IMG/VR virus record: IMGVR_UViG_3300023196_000438
Coordinates: 1-39,693 of that record
Direction: 5' to 3' (one strand)
Length of the DNA stretch: 39,693 nt
Source of the DNA: a virus
Lineage: Duplodnaviria > Caudoviricetes
Shown here: one piece after another, positions 23,324 through 33,400 of the stretch
Layout of the letters: each line of letters begins with the position of its first letter
How positions within the stretch are numbered: position 1 is the stretch's first letter
Translations under genes and position numbers: made by a program
The notes under the pieces: generated by a model
What the model was told of the DNA's origin: nothing
Databases searched by the model: none
What the model saw: the letters and a program-made list of their open reading frames with translations, nothing else

Positions 23324-25672
23324 TTACCTCGCTAGTGCGTTTTTGAATGGATTTTCTGCAAATGCCATGTATATGTAGGTTGCGCCGCTGCCGTTTAAAT
23401 AAGTATTGGCATTTCTTATTTTTACTCCATTAGAAACAAAATCAAAAGCATATGCGGCATTGTCTAGTTCTGCTGAAGACAAATCAGCAGCCAACATTTT
23501 TGTAGCTGTGTTAAACGTAGACCGAGAAGTATCATATATAAACCATGACTCCGCACCAGCATCTGTTCGTTTCATCATAAAGTACCTCGGCCTAAACCCG
23601 CAGAACACAAACGGCCCGTCCGCGCTGCCGTTGCCTGTGTAGCTGCCGAACTTGGAGAAGCCTGCGACTTCGGAGAAGAGGTAGGCGACGTAGTTTTGAG
23701 CGTTCGTGTTTGTTGCCGACGAAGTGCCAACACTAAAAACAGAAGAAGTGGGTGCGGTTGAATTGAATACACCGGAGTAAGAGCCGGCTGCGGCATTAGA
23801 TTGCAAAAACAAACAGTATGCTGCACCTAATGAATCGGCTACCTGTTTATTCCAAACAGCCCAGTCCGTTGCGGCAGACCGATTCTTTACAATCACCATC
23901 TTTGGCGCAACACCCAGCGAGTGCGCCACGGTACGTCCAGCAACACCATTCCCCGTATACGTCACAATATCGAAGCCCTGCGTCGCGCCTTCTTTCCATT
24001 GCCAGCCGACGTAGGTAACACCATTTGCGCCTGTGCTGGTATCAGAATTTACGGTGAATCCGTTGCTATTGAACGCAGTCAAACTTGTTGCAGCTGTTCC
24101 CTCTGCCCCAGTTGTATTTGATTGCAAATACTTTGTAACGCCTCGCAAACTATCAAACAGTGTGTGACCAACAGCGGTGCTTCTTGGTTTTGTCCACACA
24201 AAATCAGGCTGCATCGCACCGCTGTTTATTACCGACAACGCTGCACCAGTACCCGTGTAAGTTGTCGCATCAAAATACTGATTGCCCTTCAGGATAGTTG
24301 GTGTCGGCAGGTTCAGCGTGTTTAGTGCTTTGAATCCTGACGGTGGTGTGTAGCTGAAGGGGCGCTGACCGAAGTTCATATACCAAGAATCATTGGTAAA
24401 ACGACCACCGCAAGCAGGAGTAAATGTGCCTGTAATTCCGGTGAATGCAGTTCCTTGAGAAGTGTTGTTTTTGTAAAACGTAAGCGTTCCTGCGTCAGCA
24501 TCAAACGCCACACCAATCACATCATTAGTTGTAAATGTCGCGCCATAACTTGTTTGAGTATTGTTGTTTTGCTTGTATGGACCTGACCCACCGTTATATG
24601 AATAACTTGTGGTTGAGCCAGTCATTCCTAAATTACTATCTAGTGAAACAAAGTTGGTATTGATGTTCCCAATGCCAATTGTTAAATTACTTCCACCCGC
24701 TGCGGCAACAGTACCTTCCCAATACCACTTACCACTTGATATAGGAATAGAACCAACAGCACTTGTATTTGTGGTGTTGGCAACCTTAGTCCATTTTAAA
24801 TTGGCCTGTGAATATGTGTCTGCTACTGCTGACGCAATAGAATTTATTACACAGTAATTCCCCCGCCCATTCCCGCCATCGGCCCACTGTGTCGGCACAT
24901 CAAGCATCGAGTCATACGTCACGCCAGCGGTCACGCTGATGTTGTTCGGTGTCCAGTTGTTGCCGTTGCCGCTGGAGTCCTTGCCGATAGCTGCTGCGGT
25001 TGCTGCGCTGTTGTCGGAGAAGTTCAGGTAAAAGCCGTTTGTGCCGTAGGTGCCGGTGTACTTCTTTGGTTGCCAGACTCCGGTGACAGGATTGGTTTCG
25101 CCGAATGACAATGGTGTCAGGGCTTGACCGTCAATGAAGTTGATTTCGGTTAAGTAGCCGTCGAATGGGCGTGGTTCCGCACTTCTAAATAACCCAATAC
25201 GATGGTAATTGCCAGAGCCATTAACAGCAGTGTTTGTGTTTGTCGGGTTTGTTCTGGAGGCGTAAGAAATCTCTACCCCATTTACATAAGCCCTTACCGT
25301 TGTGTTGACAGCGTCCATGTAAAGAACGATGTGATACCAAGCAGAAGCGTCTCGGTATACAGCACTCGAAGTAAACGCTTCTCCAGCAGAACCAGCACTT
25401 TGCAGTCTTAACGTATTGTCCGTCTCAAAAACTAAGCGACTGTATGAAGTTGGATTTGTCCCCACATCTTGCGGGGAGGCTAGAAATAGATGGTTTGCAT
25501 CTGCCAAAGATAAAGAGCCTCGCTTTATCCATGCGCTCCAAGTCCAAACTCTATTGTTTGTTGGTGTGCCATACGTCCGATTCAAATAAGCAGACGCACT
25601 CGACCGCAGACGCACAGAACGGCTGATCTGGTAGCCCTCGGGGCCAAGTAGTAACGGCAGCGCGTCGATCAT
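23324..25672 (-). CDS. Receptor-binding/tail-associated protein with LamG (ConA-like) and SPRY-like domains (782 aa)
   Basis: WTWSAWIKR...WYHIV...YVNG (LamG); SSGKWYWE...DVIGVAFDADAGTLTFYKN (SPRY); repeated YTGNG...PxxVxxK units. Confidence 0.8.
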   Translation of the reverse strand: MIDALPLLLGPEGYQISRSVRLRSSASAYLNRTYGTPTNNRVWTWSAWIKRGSLSLADANHLFLASPQDVGTNPTSYSRLVFETDNTLRLQSAGSAGEAFTSSAVYRDASAWYHIVLYMDAVNTTVRAYVNGVEISYASRTNPTNTNTAVNGSGNYHRIGLFRSAEPRPFDGYLTEINFIDGQALTPLSFGETNPVTGVWQPKKYTGTYGTNGFYLNFSDNSAATAAAIGKDSSGNGNNWTPNNISVTAGVTYDSMLDVPTQWADGGNGRGNYCVINSIASAVADTYSQANLKWTKVANTTNTSAVGSIPISSGKWYWEGTVAAAGGSNLTIGIGNINTNFVSLDSNLGMTGSTTSYSYNGGSGPYKQNNNTQTSYGATFTTNDVIGVAFDADAGTLTFYKNNTSQGTAFTGITGTFTPACGGRFTNDSWYMNFGQRPFSYTPPSGFKALNTLNLPTPTILKGNQYFDATTYTGTGAALSVINSGAMQPDFVWTKPRSTAVGHTLFDSLRGVTKYLQSNTTGAEGTAATSLTAFNSNGFTVNSDTSTGANGVTYVGWQWKEGATQGFDIVTYTGNGVAGRTVAHSLGVAPKMVIVKNRSAATDWAVWNKQVADSLGAAYCLFLQSNAAAGSYSGVFNSTAPTSSVFSVGTSSATNTNAQNYVAYLFSEVAGFSKFGSYTGNGSADGPFVFCGFRPRYFMMKRTDAGAESWFIYDTSRSTFNTATKMLAADLSSAELDNAAYAFDFVSNGVKIRNANTYLNGSGATYIYMAFAENPFKNALAR

Positions 25673-27351
25673 TTGGTGTCGCTCACAAGACGGGCGGTGA
25701 TACGGGTTGAACTTTCCACGAAATAAACCAGTACATCAACAGCACTGGCAGTCGTGGTTAGAACAGGCGCACTACCACTTGGGAATTTAAAGTACGAACC
25801 GTAGGCAAGGGTGCGTGATCCTGTTCCATCTTGCGTGATGACAATCGCACCACTCTGACCCGCTGTCAGATTCGTCGGATTCGCCAGCGTCCGGTTGCCT
25901 TCCAAGGTCACCGAGAAGTTGTTGCCTTCAGCGAAGTCAGGCGTGATCGTTGCACCGTCAGTCAGTGCCACGATGCCACCACGCTGGGCCTTGGTGAAGG
26001 TCTGCGTCGCAGCTAACTGAGCGTACTTCGCATCTGACTGTGCTTGTGTGTAGGTATTCGCTACGTTAAAACTGGAGAACGCATAAGCATTCAGCTCATC
26101 ATTAAGCGCAGCAGCCACCGTCAATACGATGCTTGTGCCATTGGTCGCTGTGTAGTCATCGCCGGAGCGAAGCACTACGCCGTTCAAGCTGACAATCAGA
26201 CCACCTGCAATGTATGCCAGTGTCAGCGCATTTGCATCAGGCCCAGAAAACGTGGTCTGGCCTGCCGTGGCGACGTACTCATAAGTCACCAGCGCAGCCT
26301 GCTGTGCCGCAGAAGCCTCAAGCCACTGCGCTCCGTCGTACACCTTCATGCCAATAGGTGCCGTTGTGCGATAGTACAGAGCGCCGACTACCAAAGGATT
26401 GCCGTCGTTGTCTACGGTTGGATCGCTTGATTTTGCGCCAAGGTAACGGTCATCAAAATTATCAAGTGACGCAGCCGCCGCCGCAGCCGATGCAGCCGCA
26501 GAGCTTTCAGAAGCAGCAGCAGCACTGGCGCTGTTGCCTGCATTGGTTTCGCTTGTTGCAGCATTTGATGCGGATGTCGACGCATTGCTTGCCGAAGTTG
26601 ATGCCAACTGAGCATTGTATTTTGCAGAGTACTCGCCGCCCGCAACTGGGCCTGATGTTTTTGTCGCCCAATCGTTTGCAAGATCGGCAGATGCAGCAGC
26701 GTTTGCGGCCTCTGTAGGTGCCGCAATAATTGCCGCTATGTTGTCAGCAGTTGACGATACATCAGCAATATTGGTGGCCACTGTGCTGACATCAGCAATA
26801 TCTGCGGCAACAGTATTGATGTCTGTTATGTCAGCAGCAACCGCATTGATGTCGGTCATGTTTGTTGCAACCAGATCAATGTTGGCTTGATCATTGGCCA
26901 GAGCAACAATGTCGGCTACCAGCGCATCAGCATCTGCCGAGCTTGTGATTGGTAACTTAGCAGATCGGTCTACTGCTTCCTGCAGTTGTTGAATCTGAAT
27001 CGTCGCACGGTCCAAAGCATCTTCGATCACATCAGGATAAAAGCCACCCTGATTAACGATGTCGGTTGGCTGCAGGTTTTCAATGTCCGAAGTGATCACC
27101 AGATTAAACCCAGACGCAAGCGCGCCAGCAGTCAGCGTTATGCTGCCGCCGGGGTTCGAGTTTTGATCTGCATTCAGGCTGACGGTGTAGTCAGAATTGA
27201 TGACCAGAACTGTTTCTATCGTGGTCGAGACATTCAGTCGCACAACCTCAAGGTCGGACGCCTGAAATACTTTGAACGTAAATGCAAAATTCGATGCCGT
27301 GCCATTGCCTACAAACGGACCGGCTTTTCGAATATTGGAGCTGATAGTCAT
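25669..27351 (-). CDS. Tail fibre protein with T7 gp17-like N-terminal adaptor
   Basis: GNGTASNFAFTFKVF...EDALDRATIQIQQL adaptor, Ala-rich coiled coil, ATAGQTTF and QDGTGSRTL modules. Confidence 0.85.
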   Translation of the reverse strand: MTISSNIRKAGPFVGNGTASNFAFTFKVFQASDLEVVRLNVSTTIETVLVINSDYTVSLNADQNSNPGGSITLTAGALASGFNLVITSDIENLQPTDIVNQGGFYPDVIEDALDRATIQIQQLQEAVDRSAKLPITSSADADALVADIVALANDQANIDLVATNMTDINAVAADITDINTVAADIADVSTVATNIADVSSTADNIAAIIAAPTEAANAAASADLANDWATKTSGPVAGGEYSAKYNAQLASTSASNASTSASNAATSETNAGNSASAAAASESSAAASAAAAAASLDNFDDRYLGAKSSDPTVDNDGNPLVVGALYYRTTAPIGMKVYDGAQWLEASAAQQAALVTYEYVATAGQTTFSGPDANALTLAYIAGGLIVSLNGVVLRSGDDYTATNGTSIVLTVAAALNDELNAYAFSSFNVANTYTQAQSDAKYAQLAATQTFTKAQRGGIVALTDGATITPDFAEGNNFSVTLEGNRTLANPTNLTAGQSGAIVITQDGTGSRTLAYGSYFKFPSGSAPVLTTTASAVDVLVYFVESSTRITARLVSDTK

Positions 27352-27378
27352 GAGGATGACTCCTTGGATATTATATAA

Positions 27379-27410
27379 AGGCTAAACATTGAGCATGCAC
27401 TTACGGGCAC
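27379..27410 (-). promoter_or_regulatory. Putative late promoter, copy 3 (GTGCCCGTAA-N16-TAGCCT)
   Basis: Begins immediately after the stop of the 3000-aa gene, upstream of the tail fibre RBS. Confidence 0.7.
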
Positions 27411-30400
27411 CTATTTCTTAATTCCCATCAGCAAAGCCATTGGGTTTTCAGTCTGGTCTTCAGAGATCGCAATGATCCCATCAAAGGTCCGGTTCATCTG
27501 GGCGGACGGCAGGTGAGCCGTAATTCCAAGGACGTTGATTGCGGATCGAGTAAAGGCTCGGTCGATCTCGCCCTGACCAATCTGCTTGCCAAGCTTGTCC
27601 AGCTCTTGGAAAAACCGCAGGCCAGCCGGTCCACCATAAGCCGAGTCAAATTGCTTGGTTCCAGTCATATACTGCGCCGCACCGACAGCCTCGCGCAGGC
27701 CGACCATCATGTTCATCATGTAGCTGATCTGCTCGCCGATAAGCTTATTGGCCAACTCTTCTTCGTCATCCGCCTCGCCCGGCTGTAGAGCTTCTTTTAA
27801 CAGCATGCTAAGCACTGACGGCACAACGAACAGCATCAGGTAATCCCAGCCGAGGTGCATGATGTCCAGTGGTTTGCGGAAATTTGTGGCCTTTGTACGC
27901 TCGACGCCCAAATTGTAGGATGCCGAGAAATAGCCATAAAACACCGTAAATAGCTTTAGCGTCGCACCTCCGCGCTGCACTTGTGCCAAATCTTTAATTT
28001 GGCCACCAGACTGTGAATCAAGCACTGCCTGATCTGCCAGCGCAATTGCTCGCTTCTCGATAGCCTCTTCGGTCATGTCGACGTTCACATCGGTCAGCGC
28101 TTTCTGATACGCGCCCCACCATGTCGGCATGTCAGCGATCAGCTGCAGCGAGATCATAGGCACAAACATCAGCGTGTCAATTTTCTGTCGGATCGGGCCT
28201 TTGCCTGTGACCACCGATTGAATCTCGTTCATTTCACGCTGCTGTGTCTTATGCCGATTGGCCATAAATTCAGACTTTGACCAGACATCCTTGACCATCC
28301 CGATTGGGGATTTCGCCCATTTGCCAATGCCCATGGCTACCCACTTCGGGCCGATCCTGACAATCGACTGGGTCAAACCCAGCGGCTGCAGGAATGCGTT
28401 CATGATATTGAACCCGAGGCCGGCGATAGCTGAGCCTGCACGTAGATAGTTGAGCCCTTTCTCGATGGGCTGCAGCGACGCGGATTCCCCGGCAGCAATG
28501 TCTCTGATCGATGCTTTAAATTGTTGGATTACATCCGAGCCATACCGGCTGCGAACTGCGTCATCCAATTCAGCGTTTTTGATAATCCGGTTTGCGTCGA
28601 TCACCCATTCATGCCATGTCAGATCGTGGATGACCTCGTTGACGCCACGGAACAGGCCGTCCCATGTCAACAGCAGAGGGCGATCCATTACGGCCTCAGC
28701 GCGCGATTTGACAAAGCTGCGACGGGTTGTCGCGGCCACAAAGGCACCACGCAATTGCTGCTTGGCTGCTTCAGCGTCCGACTGCTGCTCTGCCCGGCCA
28801 GACATTTTAGGATCGTAGACAATCGGGAAATAGCCACCGCGAAGGGTCCAAGCCTTGGTATTTAACGGCACGGGTTCAACCCAGTCAGGTTCCTTGCCCA
28901 TGACCCGGCGCTCTTTCTCGGCAATCATCGGGCGATAGCTTTCGAAGAAATCCCAGATTTCTTGCACGAACTTCAGCTCTTGGTCACTCAGGCTGTCGAT
29001 GATTGGCTGCACTTGCTCACGGGTCCAGCCATTGCCATCCAGCAGGCGCTGCATGTTGCCGGCGTTGCCCATGTTTGCAACCATAATAATGCGCTCGCCG
29101 CGGTTAAAGCTTTGACCCAAGGTCGGGAAAAACTTGCCGTTGCCACCCATCTTGCCCAGCTTCATGATTGGCTTGATCAGCTTGGCCATTTTCTGAGTGG
29201 CTTCAGCGCGCATCGTCGCCTCACGATTGCCGGCATCGTTCATGGTCCGGATCAGGTAATTCCATACCGAGCCGCCATCCTTGAATCCATCCAGCTCTCG
29301 CGCCAAACTCGCCACCTTGCGATGGCTGGCTGTGTAGCCATTGAACAGCGCCGTGATCCTGCTTGGCAAAGTGTCTCTGGTGCGGTTGACAGCCTTCTTG
29401 TTGCCGGCATTGGCCTCAACGCTTGTGACCATTTCGGTGATGATGTCAGCAAACCGACGATCTTCTGCCTGTGTCAGCAAACGCTGCTTCAACCTGCCAA
29501 GATGCTCAACCTGCTTGATCATGTCGACCAAGCCGCGGAACTCCTCGACTGTCAGCTCTTTGTAAGATTGCCGAAGCGCTTCGTTTTTAAGCTTAACCGG
29601 CACATCAACCTCAATGCCCATCTCTTCCTGAGAATCAAGCCAATCTTTTAACTGCTTGCGCTTCTCAATGCTGCGACGGCTTTGGCCTGAGCTAAGGTTG
29701 AATCGTTCCAGCAGGGTGTCGATCTGGTCCTGATAATCGATGTCAATCGACTTGCGCACACCTTCGCTGTCAAACTTCTTCAGGTATCTGACGCCCTTTT
29801 GAATCTCATCGACGGCTTCGTATGCAGCCTTTGCCGTCTGATTGTTCAGCATCTGGTTGCGCTTTTCAGCATAGACTTCCTGCGTCTTGCCGGCGATCAT
29901 GGCTTTCTCTGCCGCTTTGGCTGCACGAGCTTCAGCAGATGCATACTTGACTGGGCGCACATCGATGATCTTCATGCGGTCAATAATCTGGCGCGCATAA
30001 TTTTTGGCAGCATTAGCCAGTACTCGTGGCTTGCCGGCAGCTTTAGCAATCGCGGCCATCTCTGTGGCAATGAATCGTGCGCGCGCCTCATTGTGGATGG
30101 CCATATCAGCTGCCATCGCCAACGCTTCAGGCGTCGCATACTCGCCGTATTGCTCAAGCATTAGCTGGTCTGTCAGCCTATCGATTGCGATCTGCGGCTT
30201 CTCAGCTGCAGCCAATGTTCTGACCATTTCATCGCCAGATGAGAAACCAAATTGCGTGGCTAGCATGTCCGGGTCAATGCCGTCAGTTGCTACCATGCGC
30301 AATGTCTTTAAGAACCCGGTAATTTCTTCAGGTATTTCAAGTGCAGCCAAGCCTGCAGTATTGAGCTTGCCATACACCACCTCGCCCATCTCTTCGATGG

Positions 30401-33400
30401 TTGTAGGCACATCTGGTTTTGTTGGCTTTGGATTCTTGCGGTCGTATTCCAGCGCAAACTTACTGACATCCAGCTCAACATCTTTGCGATGCTTTGACAG
30501 GAACTGACCTTTGGCCAGACCTGCTGACTTTGTTGTATCGTAGGTCTTCTTCGATTCTGTTGACTCTGCCCACAGCTTTGTACGGATTTCAATGCGAGCC
30601 TTATCAAGCGCTTCAGCTTTCTTGCGCTCCCACTCGGCAACCTCCAGCTGATATTCAGTCAGGTCAACCGTTGGCTGCTGAGGTTTGCCAGTCAGGAATT
30701 GCCATGCCTGATACACAGGCTGCGACAGAATCTGACGGCGAGCCTCGATCTTCATCTCTGCGCGCAGTGCCGATGCTTCCTTTTGCAGCCTGCGCAGTTC
30801 ACGGCCTTTGGCATTCTCCATCCATTTCATGTCCTGCAGCGTTTTTGCTGTCAGATCATCCATGGCTTCAGCAGATGCCGCAGAGTTTTCATCTTGGTAT
30901 CTAGCAAACTCTTCCGTTGTCATGCCGGCCTCTTGCGCCGACTCAAACAATGGCATCATTGATCGATTCTGTTGTGCCAGCTCGATCTGATCATTGGTCG
31001 CCAGCATGCGATCAAACACCTCGCGGACCTCGGCATTCAGCTTGCCGGCCTCCGGATTGCTGATCAAAAACTCTTTGATTGAGTTGTACACGCTGATCAT
31101 CCAAGAGCGGAACCGCTGAAAATAAGGCTGCAGCTCAATGCTCGGCGCTTTGCCGCTGAACATGTAACGCTCAAACGATTCGGCAGTCCGCTCGTGATAG
31201 GCGCGCTTTTCTTCAAAATCCATGTTCAAGTATTGCTGGATTTGTTCGATTGCGTTGCCTTGGATGCCGTGCCATGACATCAGCTTGCTGACATCGTTGA
31301 TGATCTGCTGCTCACCGATGGTCAAATTCTCTTTGCCCATCAGCTCAGACGCCAACAGGATGTCATCCTCAAAGAAAAAGTGCGCAAGCTCGTGGGCGAA
31401 CGTAGACAGATTCGCATCGCGCATCAGCGTGATGGTGTTTGTTCGCGGATTAAATGTGCCGCGGGCATTCTGCATCAGCACCTTGGCATTTGCTGCAGCA
31501 GGGAAAAAGTCAGTGATGGCCTGTGTGTCAGCCTCATCAAAAACTAGGTTGCCGTTGCGGATAAATGCACTTGGTGCGCTTTCTTTGATCTGCGCTTCCT
31601 GATCATTGAATGCTTGGATTTCATCAGGCAGCAAAGATATGCGGCGTTTGCCAGTTGATGGCGGCTGGTACATGCCAGCAGCAGGCACAGAATGGGTGCC
31701 TAGCTGGTCAACAGGTACGCCAACATTCTGTGGTCCAAGCAATACGGCCACGCCCTGTATGCCTTGCGCGCTTGGGATATAAATCCCATCAAAGCCGGCA
31801 TCAAGCACCGCAGACTCAACATTGTTAAACCAAAGATTTTTAGGATCGCGACCGGCAGCAGATGCTTCTGCTCGTAGGCCAAGCGCATCTTCCTCGATGT
31901 TGTACAGGTTCTGAAGATTTACAGCGTGGACGTTGCCGCCAACGCCAGCTTCAGGTGCAATGCCCGAGCCGGTGTCGACGTAGAAATGAATGCGGTTTGA
32001 TAGCCTGTTGTCGGTGGCTTGACCAAGACGGCCAGCCTCAGCGCCCTTTAACCCTGTTCCGTAGAACTGTCCGGAGAGAGTGTTTCGAGGGAGGCTGCTA
32101 TAGTGGACGCCAACGACTGTAGTGGCTCCATCTCTTGGGGTGCCGTATCTTGCGGCAACATTGAGATCGCTTGTTCGTAGGCGTTGAACGCCATTCCCTC
32201 CGGACTGGAAAAATTCGCCGTCTCCGGGTTGGGGTCTGGCACCATCGGGCTGGGCTGCTTGAACAGCTTGCTCAACAACTGATCGCCCTTCGCCAGTGCC
32301 TCCGGCGAGGTCTGCCCAGTAGGCTGCGCGTTCATCGAGGCGCTGTTGGTTGACTTCTGGTCTGGTGTACCAAGGGGCATTTCCGCTCTCCGTAACTTTA
32401 AATTTTTTCGGGACAACGCCAGTAGCCGGGCGCTTGATGTCTTCCAAAAATGCCCTGAATGCAGGCACCGAGAACGAATAATTGTTCCCGGTCGGAGTCT
32501 CATAGCCAAACCAAGGTGTTGACGTTACGTCTCTATTGTACAGTGCTCCATACTCATATGCACCATATTCGCCTTGTTTCGCGTGAACTTTAGCGATTGC
32601 CTGATCATCACCCTTGGCATCGGCCAGAATAGCGCCCAGAGAGCCGTGAGCGGCCTCCTGCTGGCTGTCTGCTACCCATGTCTCCCAGTGATACCGGCCA
32701 ATGCTTGCGTCCTGTGGCCGGCCCAGATCGGTGTAAATCTGGCCGATCTTGGCTTCCAAACCGCGCTCGATGGCCTCGTAGACCAGAATGCCACGGGCAC
32801 CTTCAGCCAGACTGTTGAGCGATGAACCGGCCAGCTTTTTGCCATCCGGGCCTTTGCTGCCGTCGTACAGGTTGACGCCTGCAAATTTGCCGTCATCCCA
32901 TAGCTGGCGAATCTGCACCCGGTCCAGAACCATTACATCGTTAAAGCCGGCCACCAGCAGGGTAAACGACACGACCTTGTTGTCGATACCGACACCCTCG
33001 CCAAACGTGGCAAACTCCCGGCGAATCTGCTTGCCGGTCTGATTTGGGTCCGACATCATGTCGTGCAGCCGCTGCAGGTGCGACTTGCCGTCCTTGCCGA
33101 TCTTGGACATCTTGAACAGGAAATCCTGCCCAAATGCGTTCAGATTGTGCGTGGCACCAGCGCCGGGCTGGCCGCTTCCCTTTGGGGCAACTGACTTGGC
33201 CCATGCTTCATACTCTGGGAAATCCGCTTGAGTAAACTCACCGCGAGCTGCCTTGGCGATCCACTCATTGGCACCATTGAACGAGTCAATGAAAAGCGCC
33301 TCCTGTGTGTACGGGCTAACGCCGCGGGACAGGAACGACCACAAAAACAGCTTGCCGGTAGTTTCGACTGATAGCTCGCCTGCGGTATATGCCCGGCGGA

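Noticed and set aside
20252-27351. Diversity-generating retroelement, expected by analogy with BPP-1
   Set aside because: No reverse transcriptase ORF and no template/variable repeat pair with adenine-specific mismatches seen.
32791-32800. GTGCCCGTGG, a near match to the late promoter box
   Set aside because: Inside a coding region, mismatched at the conserved A, and no TAnnnT at the 16-nt spacing.
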